A DNA stretch of 63,598 nt, counting the filler. It is 8 parts of 8 records of this genome, joined end to end, with 100 filler letters (N's around TTAATTAATTAA, not from the genome) between each part and the next. Parts side by side here need not be neighbours in the genome. Positions count along the whole stretch, not along the records: positions 25,830 to 37,072 come from SRR7504441_2170; positions 37,173 to 41,382 come from SRR7504441_2175; positions 41,483 to 55,065 come from SRR7504441_2180; 5 more parts are not named here. One strand, 5' to 3'. The notes beneath the pieces are model-generated. The model was not told where the DNA came from. It saw only the letters and a list, made by a program, of their open reading frames with translations, and did not search any database. A program made the translations under genes and the position numbers. Shown piece after piece: positions 34,701 to 46,527 of this stretch. Every line of letters begins with the position of its first letter. Within the stretch, counting starts at the first letter, position 1.

Positions 34701-37072
34701 CTGAGATCACGTTTGCGATTCTCACATTCAAACCTAGTCCGGACAGAGTTCAGAGCAAGAGAGTATGCAGCCTGATAGATATGCATTGGTGGGACTGCCT
34801 CGGGCAGTTGATCTGTGTCAATATTGCTGTAAGTTGCAAGCCCAAGAGCCATGTTATCAAACATATGTGAACGCCTTGTCAAAGAGTTCAGTTTTGTCTC
34901 CAGCTCGCACACCATATTGTCTGATGTCCTTAGCTGAGAATCAAGCTGCCGTCGATTGCGACTTGCTTCAGCACAAGCCGGATCCCTTACTGCCAAATCA
35001 TAAAACTGAGCCCAGGAATTCACTGAATCCTTCAAGTCCATGTTGCGACCCAATGCCACTATAGTATTCGCTTCAAAGTAGTCAGTATCAGGGGCATCCT
35101 CGGCCTGGCTTAGGGTTGGGTCTGTACCGATACCTTGCAGGATATTCCAATCACAGTTAGCTGATTCGATTGAGGCCAGGATTTGATGCTGGTCACACAG
35201 TATGGAGTATGCCCAATCCATGCAGTTCTTCACATTTTCATGGTCTTCAATAGTTTGCTGCAGAGTGAAAATGTGCCGGTGCGATTGATTGTACGATTTG
35301 AAGACGTCGAATTGTCGACTGTCCTCCATTATTTCGCGTTGATCGTCTAGTTTGCTCATCGGCTTACGTAGCTCTGCCAATTCATGCTGCTGATTTTGCA
35401 ATATAACTTCTTCATCCTGCATCAATTCAGGATTGTGCGCGTCTGGAGGCTGGAAATCCTGGGGGCCCAGTTCGACAGGTTCAGCCTCATTTCGACATAG
35501 TAGCCCCTGACCATCCATAGTAAACTCAGTTGTCTCTGTCAATACAATCTCCTCTTCCTCTCCCAGCTCCATCACTTCAGGGTCTTGCATCTCTGCATGC
35601 TCTTCCTGGGCTTCCTCTTCAGGAACATCCATTGGCGCTTCGATGTTCTCTATCTGCTGGCAGCACTGAAGCACCTCATACACGTGCTTCTCAAACCGCT
35701 TGCACTGGTTCCGCTGTTCACGACTCGCTGATGGGTCAGCCATATCCTGCATGATCTCCTGGAGTGAAACCTGCATGAACGGCCGCCTTTCCTCTTCGGA
35801 CAGAGAGTCCCAGAATTCCCTCATATTTGCGACGTCAGCTTCGTCTTCAAAATCTACAGGGTTTGATGCTGTTGAGCGGACAGGTTGCTTAGCACCCTTG
35901 TTCTCACGTCGGTTCCGCCTGGCCTGTCTCAGCTGCAACTCTTCCGATGGCTCCCTAGTTGATGCCGTGTCGCGCTTGCTGCGAGGAACTTCCCTCAATA
36001 GCTCTTCGTCTTCACGCTCTTTGAGCTGCTGGCGCTGGTGCTCTGTCAGTCGTTCTACCTCCGAAAGCTGTGCAAGCATTCGCTGTTGCTGACGGCGCTC
36101 TACTTCTGCTTGGCGATGTGCGCTCATCACCAGCCCCTGCGATCAGGACCTGTGAGATTTTGACGCTCCCGGGGGGCTCACCGTCCCGCGTTTGGACTGC
36201 ATCAGTATGGCATCCACACTGGACTTGAATCCAGCCAGCTCACACAGCATCCTGCAGGGCCAGCACGCTAACGCCGCTCCTTGTGCCACGGGAGACCTGT
36301 CGTTCCCGTGGTCGAGGTCGCTGTACACCGTTCCGTCGGAGAAAATCTCTGCACGCGACTCAGGTTACTTCTGTGCGTGGCACTGGTAGCACCGGGGTCA
36401 GACTCCAGATCCTCCATCATGATTGCGTTGTGCAGCAGCTTTTGCACACCCTCAGCCCGTGCCAGCATGTCGCTTTGGGAATCAGGTTGGGCCCCGTTAC
36501 GTTCACTGACCACCGTACCACCGTCAGCACCGGTCTGCCACAGGGCGCCATGCCTGCTTTCATTCCCCGGTCTGATCTTATCGGAGTCGTTCCAGCCCTG
36601 GATGAACTCGTGGTACTTCGACCTGCCCCGACACTGTCGACACCCCGCCAAAATTGCAGGAATCGCACTTGGCCTCGAAGTAGAAACCGCGCAGGCAGCG
36701 CGGCGCTAAATCTTGTGCCTTTAGGGCGTCCTGGAGCATCTTCTGTTCCTGCACCCACACCACACCGCACGGTTCATCTGGGGTCGGCCGGTGCCACTCG
36801 GCGCACCTCGCCCCTCAGCTCTTGGTACAGCGCCGCGCGAATCATGTGGCTCACGTAGTCGTCCGGGTACTGCTTGATGGCCTCGGCCATCGTCTTGAAT
36901 GCCTGGGCAAGAGTGTGGATCGACTGCCCGCAGCGGGGGTGCCGACCTTGGCCGTGGCCCCTTTCTTGAAGGACTTGATCGCTTTGAGGCGAAGCTCGGC
37001 TGCAGCCTTGTCGTCCTGCAGCTTCTTCTTGGCAGCTGCATCGAGCTTGGACGACTTGCCCTTACCTTTGTC
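31706..37072 (-). CDS. USP53/54-like (peptidase C19) deubiquitinase-domain protein with TPR-like N-terminus, coiled coil and RanBP2-type zinc finger; 5'-truncated
   Basis: C-terminal GLSNEVGERNCFLNVVIQSLWHL, MDDAAEAHEAVL, GMICYYGRHF, WLVLDD and LQPCLVFYE. Zinc finger WICSQCTFVN...ACSMCG. Upstream exons run to the contig edge. Confidence 0.85.
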
Positions 37073-37172
37073 NNNNNNNNNNNNNNNNNNNNNNNNNNNN
37101 NNNNNNNNNNNNNNNNTTAATTAATTAANNNNNNNNNNNNNNNNNNNNNNNNNNNNNNNNNNNNNNNNNNNN
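37073..37172. other. Artificial contig spacer
   Basis: N44-TTAATTAATTAA-N44. Confidence 0.98.
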
Positions 37173-37427
37173 GAGCTCAAGGAAGAGATTGATTTCCTGC
37201 AGCGGCGGGTTGATTGTTGGAGCGCTGACCAGCTTCACCACACAAAACAAGTCCATGGGTCTAGTGCTGTCTTGTCGACAAGCCCTCCCGACAAGGATCT
37301 GGATTCGTTTGGATCAGTTGACATTGATGATGGCGGGGACCTCGAATCTAACGAAGAATCTGATGACAAGGACCTTGATGATGAAATCGACGACTTGGAT
37401 TTATATGGCTGGTGTGCGGATATGTAG
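37173..37427 (+). CDS. 3' end of a hypothetical protein with acidic tail
   Basis: Frame open from the contig edge (ELKEEIDFLQRRV...DDKDLDDEIDDLDLY) to TAG at 37427. Confidence 0.55.
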   Translation, partial: ELKEEIDFLQRRVDCWSADQLHHTKQVHGSSAVLSTSPPDKDLDSFGSVDIDDGGDLESNEESDDKDLDDEIDDLDLYGWCADM

Positions 37428-37936
37428 CACTTGAAATCGCATGTATACATGTATAGTAATGTATAGTAAATGACATTGTATAGATGATCGCGCTTCAAGA
37501 CCTTCAAGACTAGTGCGCAAGTTTGTCAATCCACACTAATCCACACAGTCACTAAATGGGATATTGTGTCTGGTTAATTAAACCCCGACCTACAATCATG
37601 TACATGTACGTACACAATCCTCATGCGCCGTTGAGCCCGCGCCGGGCCCCTTGGAAGCACCGGTCGTACGTACTACGTATGTACTACGTATGTACGAGTA
37701 CGAGTAGTCGAATGGTAGTCTAATGTAGTCGAGTACGACTCAGTACATGTTAGTACATGTAGAGGCATTTTTACGGTACCGGACCCGTACACGTGTATAG
37801 CACGTGTACATTCGAAGTCGACTTTTGAGACACGTGTGGTCTATCTATAGTTACGTATAAACCGCACCAAGAGCCGAGCGCACCTCGGAGACGCAACTAG
37901 CACGCCACGCTCTTGAAAGCGCACGCGACCTGCGAA

Positions 37937-40582
37937 TCACATCCGTTGGTACACCGGGAAGTGCTCGATTGGCGTCTGAACAGTGTGCCTCCCGGGCCCA
38001 CTCACGAGATCCCCTGTGAAGAAGTGCTTCCAAGAGCCTAACCGACCCGCTCAGCGGATTACTAAAATTAGTGTTGCACCTGGTGGGAAGTAGACTGACT
38101 TGCTGGTCTGGCTCTGCGAGTACGGTCAGGCTCAGCATGGCCAGCCAGTGACCTGAACAGTGACAGGGGCGACCAGATACTCTGGACCGAGCATGTATTG
38201 ATCGTCCACCCCGAACGAGCCTTGGTCGGTCGGGAACTCCCACCAGAGCGGCCGCATCGTGGGCACGCCTGTGGCTGAGACGTTGTGCGCCAGCTGGAAG
38301 CCCAGTGAGCAAACAGCCTGACCAGCACAGCCGCACCTTCTGGATGTATCCCTTCAACCCGAACCGTGCCCTGACGTAGCTCGAGAGAATCGCTTGTGTG
38401 CTGTTGCCATATGACCACACCTGGTCTGGTGTCAGCCCGCCACCCAGGGCTGTGCACCTCGTTGGGTCCACACGATCGCTGGGCCGGCTGGCAGATGCCT
38501 TGATTCGGGTCAGGGTCGGCCCCGCTGCGGCAGCCGTGCGTACGAAACACAGGGCAGAACAACCCGAACTGATACCACCTCACAATGAGCTCCTGCCGAG
38601 CCAGTGAGCCGACGGCGAGCCGACAGCCAGCCTGCATGTACGGAGACTGGTCAGGCTGGCTAGAACCACAGCCGTAGCCGCCCACATCGGATGTCCACCA
38701 AGGTATCCCAGAGAGCGAAGCGTGCACTCCGAGAGGAACCTGCAGCCTGTCGGCACAGCTCGCACATGGCGTGCTGCCTGGGCGGTCAGCTCCTCAAAGG
38801 TCGACTCGATATCAGAGCTCCATAGCACAACGCCATGCCTCTGCCCCCCGGCCCACACACCTGCAAGCGCTCTGCCGCCGCCGCACTGTCCTTTACCTCT
38901 GGTAAGCACCATCGGTGTCTGCCCCTCAGCCGCCACCGGCGCGGTGAAAGTCTCCAGCCAGTCATTGACCCAAAGATTCGAGTAAGCGGCCGCTGGCCCG
39001 TAGCTGGTGTCGTAGCCGTGGTCGCCGTCCCCGATCCCGGTGCCCTCGCCGTCTGTCTCGTCCAACCAGTACGCTGACACGCCCTGCATCGGCGTCAGGC
39101 TCCCGGCTCGAGCTAGTAGGCCTGATCGTAGTATCTTGGCTTCAGGAACTTGTCCCAGATCAGCTCGCGGCAATGGCTCGGCGTTGGATCGATCGCCTTC
39201 CCGCCGAGGTCTCCGTTTATTAGACAGCCTGGGCCCCAATCAGCCCTCGTACACTAGCCGGCACCGCTGCTCGCAAGGAGGCTAAACTCGGCAGAGCTGC
39301 TCAGTGCCTCTGGCCAGAACGAGAAGACGAGGCTTGCATTGAGCGCATCGCTGTGGCGGGCTCATGCAGCCCCCGAGCAGGGGGACCGGATGCCGGAGCT
39401 GAGCTGCTTGACTGAGGGGAAGCACTGGGGGTCGGGCGCAAAGTCACCGTCGTGCACTTGGTTCTGTCACACACCAAAGCCTTGAGCACAGGCCTAGCTG
39501 GTCTAGGGCTTAGCGACGGTATGCTAGCGTGAGCAAGAGCCGCACCTTGTAATCGACAACCAGCACGCCCACCGGCAGCTTGAGATCGGCATATTTCTGG
39601 GCCACCGCCATCGCGATTGCTGAAGACTTGTATCTATTCCGAGATTGCCAGAAGATGGACGCCTCCTCCCTGAGCAATGGCGCGTGCCCGGTCGCGTCCG
39701 CATACTTACGATATATCTGACCGGCGCTCCCGGCCCCGGGCTCGCTCCCCTTGGGGAGCGAGGCGACCCAAAAGTCCAGCCTGCGTCTGGTTGTGAGACC
39801 CCGCCCGGCCGGCCAGGCGCCTGGTGGCGGCGGTGGCGGTCCACTCAGAGCCCCCGGCGGCGCCCACACTCACCTCACCGGCACCGGGCATGTTCCAAAG
39901 CAGTCCGTACCTGGCGCCTCGCCGTCAGCTGCTAGCCCACAGTGACGGCTCGCACCCTGCGGTGGAATAGATGAACGGAATCGTGACATGGAACTTGCGC
40001 TGCTGCAGCTTGAGCCGCTGCCCGTTGCGCTCCAATGGCACCACGCCTGCCCGGCCGGTCACTGGTCTCGTCGCGCTGACCCGTCACGCTGTGGCGTCCC
40101 CGAAGCGCACCCTCCTTCGGCGGTCCAATTGCCTTGCCCGAGCCCGAACAAGCGCTCGCCCTTGACTGCGGCCACGCTCAAGTTGACCGAAACAAACCCG
40201 GAGGTCTCGGACGGCCCGAAGCTGCTCGGCCGGGCGTTCAGCACCTGGCCTTCCGCTCGGGCCCCGAACCATCTTCCGGCACCTCGCCCCCATAGTCCAC
40301 CGTGGTGAACTTGAGCACGCCGCCGTCCAGGTGGAGCGCCAAATTGCCGTTGCTCGCCCGGCCGCCCTCGTGCAGCGTGGTCGGGCCGAGCGGGTAGCAA
40401 GCGGTCCGGTCGAGAGCGCGGTCGGGCACAGCCCCGGGCTCGGACGCGTCGGCCGGATGGTCCTCGGGGAAGATCTGGACTCGAAAGGCGTCGGCGCACC
40501 AGGCGGTGATCTTGACCGTGGGGCCGGCCAGCGCGGCTGGCAGCAGCAAAAGCATGAGGAGAGCGGCGCGGGAGCTCGGCAT
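37937..40582 (-). CDS. Secreted glycoside hydrolase family 31 (alpha-xylosidase-like), more than 10 short introns
   Basis: Signal peptide. Motifs ERLFGLGQ, YADATGHAPLL, FWQSRNRY, WLDETD nucleophile, WAGGQRHGVVLWSSDI, SLSGIPWWTSDVGGY, ELIVRWYQFGLFCPVFRTHG and PTMRPLWWEFP. GC-AG introns at 38593-38631, 38740-38777 and 39084-39121. Confidence 0.92.
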
Positions 40583-41382
40583 GGGGACGATTGTGGCTCG
40601 GAGCAGCCGAGCCAGCAACGGACTTCGGTGGGTGTCAGTCCGTCAGATCTTCATGGGAGGAGGCGAGCTGTAGTAGCACCCGCCACCGGGCCGAGGGGTG
40701 TCCAGCCCGCGGGACACCCAGGACAGGTTTCTGCACATGTCCACACACGCCTGGCTCGCCGGGACGCTGCGACGTTGTGTTGCCTCGTCCTTTTCAAATT
40801 ATTGATCCTTGCGCGGCTCTTGCTACAGCTGCTCCGCTTTCATTTGGCAACCTGCAGCTGCCCTGCCATCCCACCCCGCCTCGCCCCCGGCTTGCCTCCT
40901 CAAGTGGCTAGCTGGGCAACAAGCTCCTTGTCAGGACTCCGGAGCCGCCGGAGCCGCCACCCTCGCCGCTGGTTGCTTATTTAACAACGGTGAAGAGACG
41001 CCGATTTAATAATAATGAATGTCTCTCAAAAACTGGGCGAGCGCAATGGAGTCTAGGATAGAGTCGTTTTCCACACCTGAGGGCGTGGGCGGTGCGGAAG
41101 GGCCACAGGGGCGGTGCGTGCTCCGTGCATGAACCCTCCCCCGGCCGAGTAGCCTGCCAGGTCCCCACCGTCGCCGTTTGCGTTGTACCCGGAGAGTGTG
41201 ACGCCCCGGGGCTCTTTCAGTATGACTCCTCCGAGCAGCCCCGGTGCGACCGGCCCGCCGAGCGCACTGCTGACGGCCGAGGGCAGGTCTGAAACCAGTG
41301 ACCCGGAACGACGGTGACAAGCCTCCCCGGCGGTCGCTGCACGCAGGTCAACAACCGGAGACATGGAAGGCAAGCCCCCCCC

Positions 41383-41482
41383 NNNNNNNNNNNNNNNNNN
41401 NNNNNNNNNNNNNNNNNNNNNNNNNNTTAATTAATTAANNNNNNNNNNNNNNNNNNNNNNNNNNNNNNNNNNNNNNNNNNNN
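41383..41482. other. Artificial contig spacer
   Basis: N44-TTAATTAATTAA-N44. Confidence 0.98.
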
Positions 41483-44202
41483 AGCAAACAGCGGGCGCGC
41501 GCGCTGGCGGCACTGTCATCAAAGGACAGGACCAAAGCGCTGGCGGCATTGTCGCCCGAGGATAGGACAAATACGCTGGCAGTCATGTCGCCTGATCAGA
41601 GGGCCCGGGCGCTCGCAGCAATGTCGCCTGAGGACAGGGCAGTGGCTGAGGCAGCGGCCGAGCAAGCCCTTGCACTGTCGGAGATCAAGTCCGCTGAACC
41701 CGAAGTGTCACATACTAGCCCGGTGGGCCTCTTCCTGGAGGCGGCCGAACGAGGACAGTCGGCGGAAGTGAAGGAAGCCTTGAGGAAAGCCGAAGAGGCG
41801 GCGGCGGCGGCGCAGCGGGCGGAGGTAGCCGCGGTCCATGCAGCGGAGCAGGCGGAGGCGGGTGCGGCAGCTGCGGCGAAACAAGCGGCGGACGAGGCTC
41901 GAGTGATGGCGTGGCGGAAGGTAGAGCGGGAGGCAGAGGCAGAAGCCGAACTCCGAAAGATGGCGGCAGACCAGGCGGAGGAGGAGCAAGTGCTTATGCT
42001 CAAAGAGAGCATGGCTTCGACACAGGACGCAGAGAGGGCGCTGGAGGCAGTGGAGGACTTCTTCCTGGGGCAGGAGAAGGCGGAGAAGAGTTGGGAGGAG
42101 CAGCTCAAGGACGTGCAGGCCAAGCATCGGATCGACGTCAAAGAGCTGCAAGGGATGCAAGATGCGATGCTCGTAGACATGGACACGCAGAGCCAAGAGT
42201 TCGCCGCGACCAGGGCTGAGCTTGAGATGGAGGTTGAGGCTAAGACTGAGCAGTTGGAAGAAGCCAGGGCCGAGGCAGGCACGCTCCAGCTCATGCTGAG
42301 TGAGCAGGCAGTCGAGACCGAAGCGCGGCGGGTTGAAATCGAAGAGCTGCAGGGTCAGCTGAAAGAGAGCGAGGCCCGGCTGGCGCAGGCGGTTGCGGAC
42401 CAGGTGCTTGCGTGCCGGTATTGGCTGTGCGACTGACGAGGAGGCAGGTGGCGGCCCAGATGAAAATGCTGGATGAGAAGAAGAAGGCGCGCAGGATCAG
42501 TCAAGGGATAGCGCCCGAGCCCGGTGTCGAAGAGGAGCGGCTTATGGACGTGTCCAAGAAGCTCCAGGCCGAACTTGAGAGCACGCAGATGGATCTGGCC
42601 TCAGCAAAGAAGAAAGCGAGGGATGCAGAGATGAGGCAGAGCCAAGCTGAAATGCGGCAGAGCGAGGCACAGGAGGCACTCGTTGCCCAGAAAAGGCAAT
42701 CCGAGTTTGATGGACTGGCCAGCCCTTCCTCAGCCGGCAAGAACTGGCGGCAGAAGGCGGCGCTCAAGTCGCCTGCAAAGATTCTGGAGGACCCTCCACG
42801 CGTTTCAAGCCCGGTGCAAGCGGCAGCAAATCGGCTGAAGAAGAACAACACCAAGCTCAGGGCCGATACGGCCAAGATGCATGGCGAGCTGACCGAGATC
42901 CTTCCGATAGTGGCAAGTGAGTGGACTGTCCTGGCCCAGCGGATGGCCGAGGAGTTGGCGGTCAGACAGGACAGGGAAGCAGGCCTGCTCGAGCTCTGCA
43001 AGCGGATGGGCGCCAAGGTGACCGACGCCACTGTGGCCCCTTCGCTGCTCGAACAGGCGACCAAGGAGATAGTGCTGCTCGCTTGTGAAGTGGCGACCGA
43101 GATTCAGACAAAGCATGACAATGAGATGGGACTGACCTGGGAGCTAGTTGTGAGCAGGCTAGAGAAGAAGAGCCTGGCAAAGTTCAAGCAGATCGCCACT
43201 GCGACTGGGCACGAGAAGAAATTCCTGATAGGCGAGCTGGAGGCCCGGTGCGAAGTGGTGGACGAGCTGCTGGTCTCTCTGGAGGGCAAGTATGTCGAGT
43301 GTGAGAACTTGAAGGCGAGCGACCTTCAGGTGACACAGGAGCATCAGCTGCAGAAGGTCGGACTGGAGCGCAAATTGACAGATACGGAGGAGCAGCTCAA
43401 GGAGGAGCAGGCCAAGCATCGGATCGACGTCAAGGAGCTGCAAGGGATGCAAGATCTGATGCTCAAAGACATGGACGCCCAAAAGCAGCAACTCGAGGCC
43501 AAGACGGCGGAATGCGCTGCGCGCCAGATTGAAGCTGAGTCACTGCAAGCTCAATTGGATGAGTGCAAGAGCTGGACTGAGCTGACGATGCAGATCGATG
43601 CCCTGCAGGCTGAGAATCAGGACCTGCAGCACCAGCGGGATTTGAAGTCTTATGACTGCCAGGCCGCACAGTCAGAGGTCGATTCTCTCCAAGCCCGGCT
43701 GGCAGCTGTACAATTGGAAAAGCACAAGGTTGCTGCAAGTCAGCAGGGCGAGTCTAGTCGAGTCAAAGAACAGATGCAGATTATGGTAGAGACAGCCAAG
43801 ACGTGCGCGTTGGTTGCAGCGCATGAAGTGCAGGGGCAGATGCTCGAGCAAGAGCGGTTGGATCGGTTGGCCAAGCAGGGCCACGCAGAGGCTGTCGCAA
43901 AGCTGAGCCGCTCGACAAAGGAAAACACAGCGATGCGCGTGGAGCTGTCGCAGCTGAGGAATAAATGTGAGCAGCTCAGTGCGTCCAGGCAGGATCTTGC
44001 AAATCAGCTGGAAGGGTCTGCAATTGAAGCTGATTACATGAAAGCCAAAGTGGCCTCGCTAGAAGCAATGAGCCCTCCGAGAAGGTCCAGCCCCGCACCT
44101 TCAAGCACAGCAGCGCTGTTTGATGCGATCGACACGAATCATGATGGTCGAATCGATCCAGCAGAGTTTGCCGCTGCAAAGAGAGCAGGATTTAGGGTGT
44201 AG
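41483..44202 (+). CDS. Coiled-coil protein with N-terminal 13-aa (M/L)SPEDRA..LAA repeats and C-terminal EF-hand; 5'-truncated
   Basis: Tandem 39-bp repeats at 41490-41640. Duplicated segment QAKHRIDVKELQGMQD at ~42116 and ~43408. One intron at 42404-42447. EF-hand DTNHDGRIDPAEF. Confidence 0.78.
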
Positions 44203-44422
44203 ATCTGCAGCAGCAAACAAAGAGGGCCCAAACCCAATATTTAGAAACCCAAACCACTACTCGAATTCCAAATGATTTGAATTCGAGTATATATCCGAAT
44301 ATATCACTACATTTTGTTTGAACTGGCGTATCATGAACACGTAATTCATTTTAATTGTACATGTAATGGGTCGAGACGCATTCCAATCTTATTTGAGCCA
44401 GTGGTCGAGGCAAAAATCTCGT

Positions 44423-46417
44423 TTAAATTGTGCGCTTTCCTCCTCCAAACGAAACGCCTGAGCCAACCAAGCATGAAGCACTCATCCACCAACAGGAGAC
44501 TAAAGCTTACCGTTTGTCTTGAGCGTCGACTTGAGGATGCCCCCCATGTATGACCCCGGCCCCGGCGACTGCGCACGTAGCTCACAATGCCCAACGCTAG
44601 GGAGCACCTTTCCTGAGGTGAGCGTTCCAGCTATCGACCCGCGCTCAGCTGTCCCAAATGAAAATCCACCAGTACCTCGTTCGACCAGCACTGTTTCGCC
44701 ATACGCTCCCGGCCCTGGTGTACCCACTCCAATTAAATCTGCGATTGAAAGCTTTGAAATGAATCTCTTGGCCTGAAGCACCCCTCAGACCACCAAGTCC
44801 CACCGCGGCTGCACCTCCGATCGATTCCGCTCGGCAGTGCCTATCAGAGCCGCTTTTCCCGTCCCCATGTCTCTCTCTCTTCGGAAGTGATAGATTGGAC
44901 CTGCAATGACTCAGACCCCACCCAAGGTAATGGAAGGCCACCAGGAGAGTCGAGCCCCTTAACATCCTGCGTGTGCTTCTTCGACAAATAAACCCTGGCC
45001 GTCGACGCCTTGGACGCTTTGGGCATCGAGAACGACGGTTTGTCCTTGAACGAAGGGATGTCTGTCTGGTAGATCGGGCCTGGTATCTCGTCCGGCTTGG
45101 ACTGCGGGAACCGGCGAAGCCCAAACGGATGGTTGCCTCCTCCGTGCCCGTGCGAAGTTGGGATCTTATAGGCCCCCGGCCCCGGTACCTGGCCATAGTC
45201 TGTCTTGTATCCGACGTCCCGCTTGCCCATAGGGAACTTGATGGAATTAGTTTTGAGTGTCGAATTTCGTGGGCCCAGCTGGTCGTACTGTGGCCCGTCC
45301 CCATCCATCCCAATCCCAGCCTTCGCTGCAGGCCCTAGATATTCCTTCTGGCAGAACCGCACTTGCTCGCCGTTCTGGCACAGACGCTCAGACAGCGGCC
45401 CAGCCGGCCGAGCACATGGTAGACGCCTTGCTTGGCTGCTGGTGGAATGGTGGTGGTCTTCTTGAAGTCAAACTGGTCCAAAACGTACTGGTTCGGACCG
45501 GGATAGTCGACCGAACTGCCGCCGCTAACTTTGTTGTGCCCCTCAGACAGGAATTGATGCTTCAGCGGCTCAAACCTGCCGCATGCTCAACCAATCGACT
45601 ATCGGCACTCGCACCTGTCAGCCCTCTCGAAAGGGCCTGCGTGTCCCTGTCCCACGCCCCGTCAGCTGCCCCCGGTGGCACAGCCCACCTGGCCCTGGTG
45701 CCGCAGCTCTCTACTGAGCTGATACACCGGCCCTGGCGTGTCCAGCACCGGAATCGACCGAGACGCCAGTTCGCCCATGTGCCTGCCCAGCACTCGGCCC
45801 GCCCCCAGCCCGGCCAGCGGCACATGTTCCGGGCAAATCTGTCCTGCTCGGGAGAGTTGCCGAACGAAAACTCGGGCGGGTATGTCATTGGCGGCGCGTA
45901 CGGCGTGTAGGACCCTGGCAGCCTGATGGCTGGCCTGCCGGCTGGGCGCGCGCACCAGGGCCGGGGCCTTTGACGGCTAGTGACAGTGGGGGGCGGGTGG
46001 AGGTGCCGATCACGTGCGTGGGGGCCCGGTATGTCCGATTGGCCGCGTCGACGTGGTACTTTGGGCCCGGGGCGCAGATCGACGGCTGAGACTCGGCCAT
46101 GATCTTACCCTCGAACTTGGCTGCCAGCACCCAGCTCAGCCGGCGTCGGGCAGGCGGCGCGCACTGGGCGGCGCGTCGCGGGGCTCAGTCCCGAACAGCA
46201 CCGAGCTGCCGTCGGCAACTTTGGTCCGGATCTTGTAGTCGCCCACACCGGGCGAATCGGTGCTGAGCGTGGCGTTGGAATGCAGCTTGCTGATGTAGAT
46301 ATTCTCGTGCCACTTGACACCGAAGGTGCCCTTGGCCGTGCGGGTGATCTCCATCTCCGCCGGCCGGAACAGCTGCTCGGCCTCGGCCTCCAGCAACTCC
46401 TGCGCGTCCTCCCCCAT
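44423..46417 (-). CDS. SHIPPO/ODF3-like sperm-tail PG-rich repeat protein (axonemal)
   Basis: Repeated (S/T/V)PGPG(A/S)Y and PGP.Y motifs followed by FSFG..R across several short exons. Last exon ends GVSFGGGKRTI*. Confidence 0.82.
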
Positions 46418-46527
46418 CTCTTTCCGGTAGCACGCGGAGCCCCGGAATAGATCTAACGGAAAAAAAACACAGACGTCCGTAATGACAACTTGAGGCACCA
46501 CCTTTGTCCTCGTCGCAGGCGCCTGGG

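Noticed and set aside
16961-37072. Ubiquitin-system gene cluster (two DUBs plus the U-box helicase)
   Set aside because: The genes are on different contigs joined artificially, so no linkage can be inferred.
40600-41382. Coding gene(s) between GH31 and the contig end
   Set aside because: Candidate frames are short or low-complexity, contain stops and lack motifs. A partial gene cannot be excluded but is unsupported.
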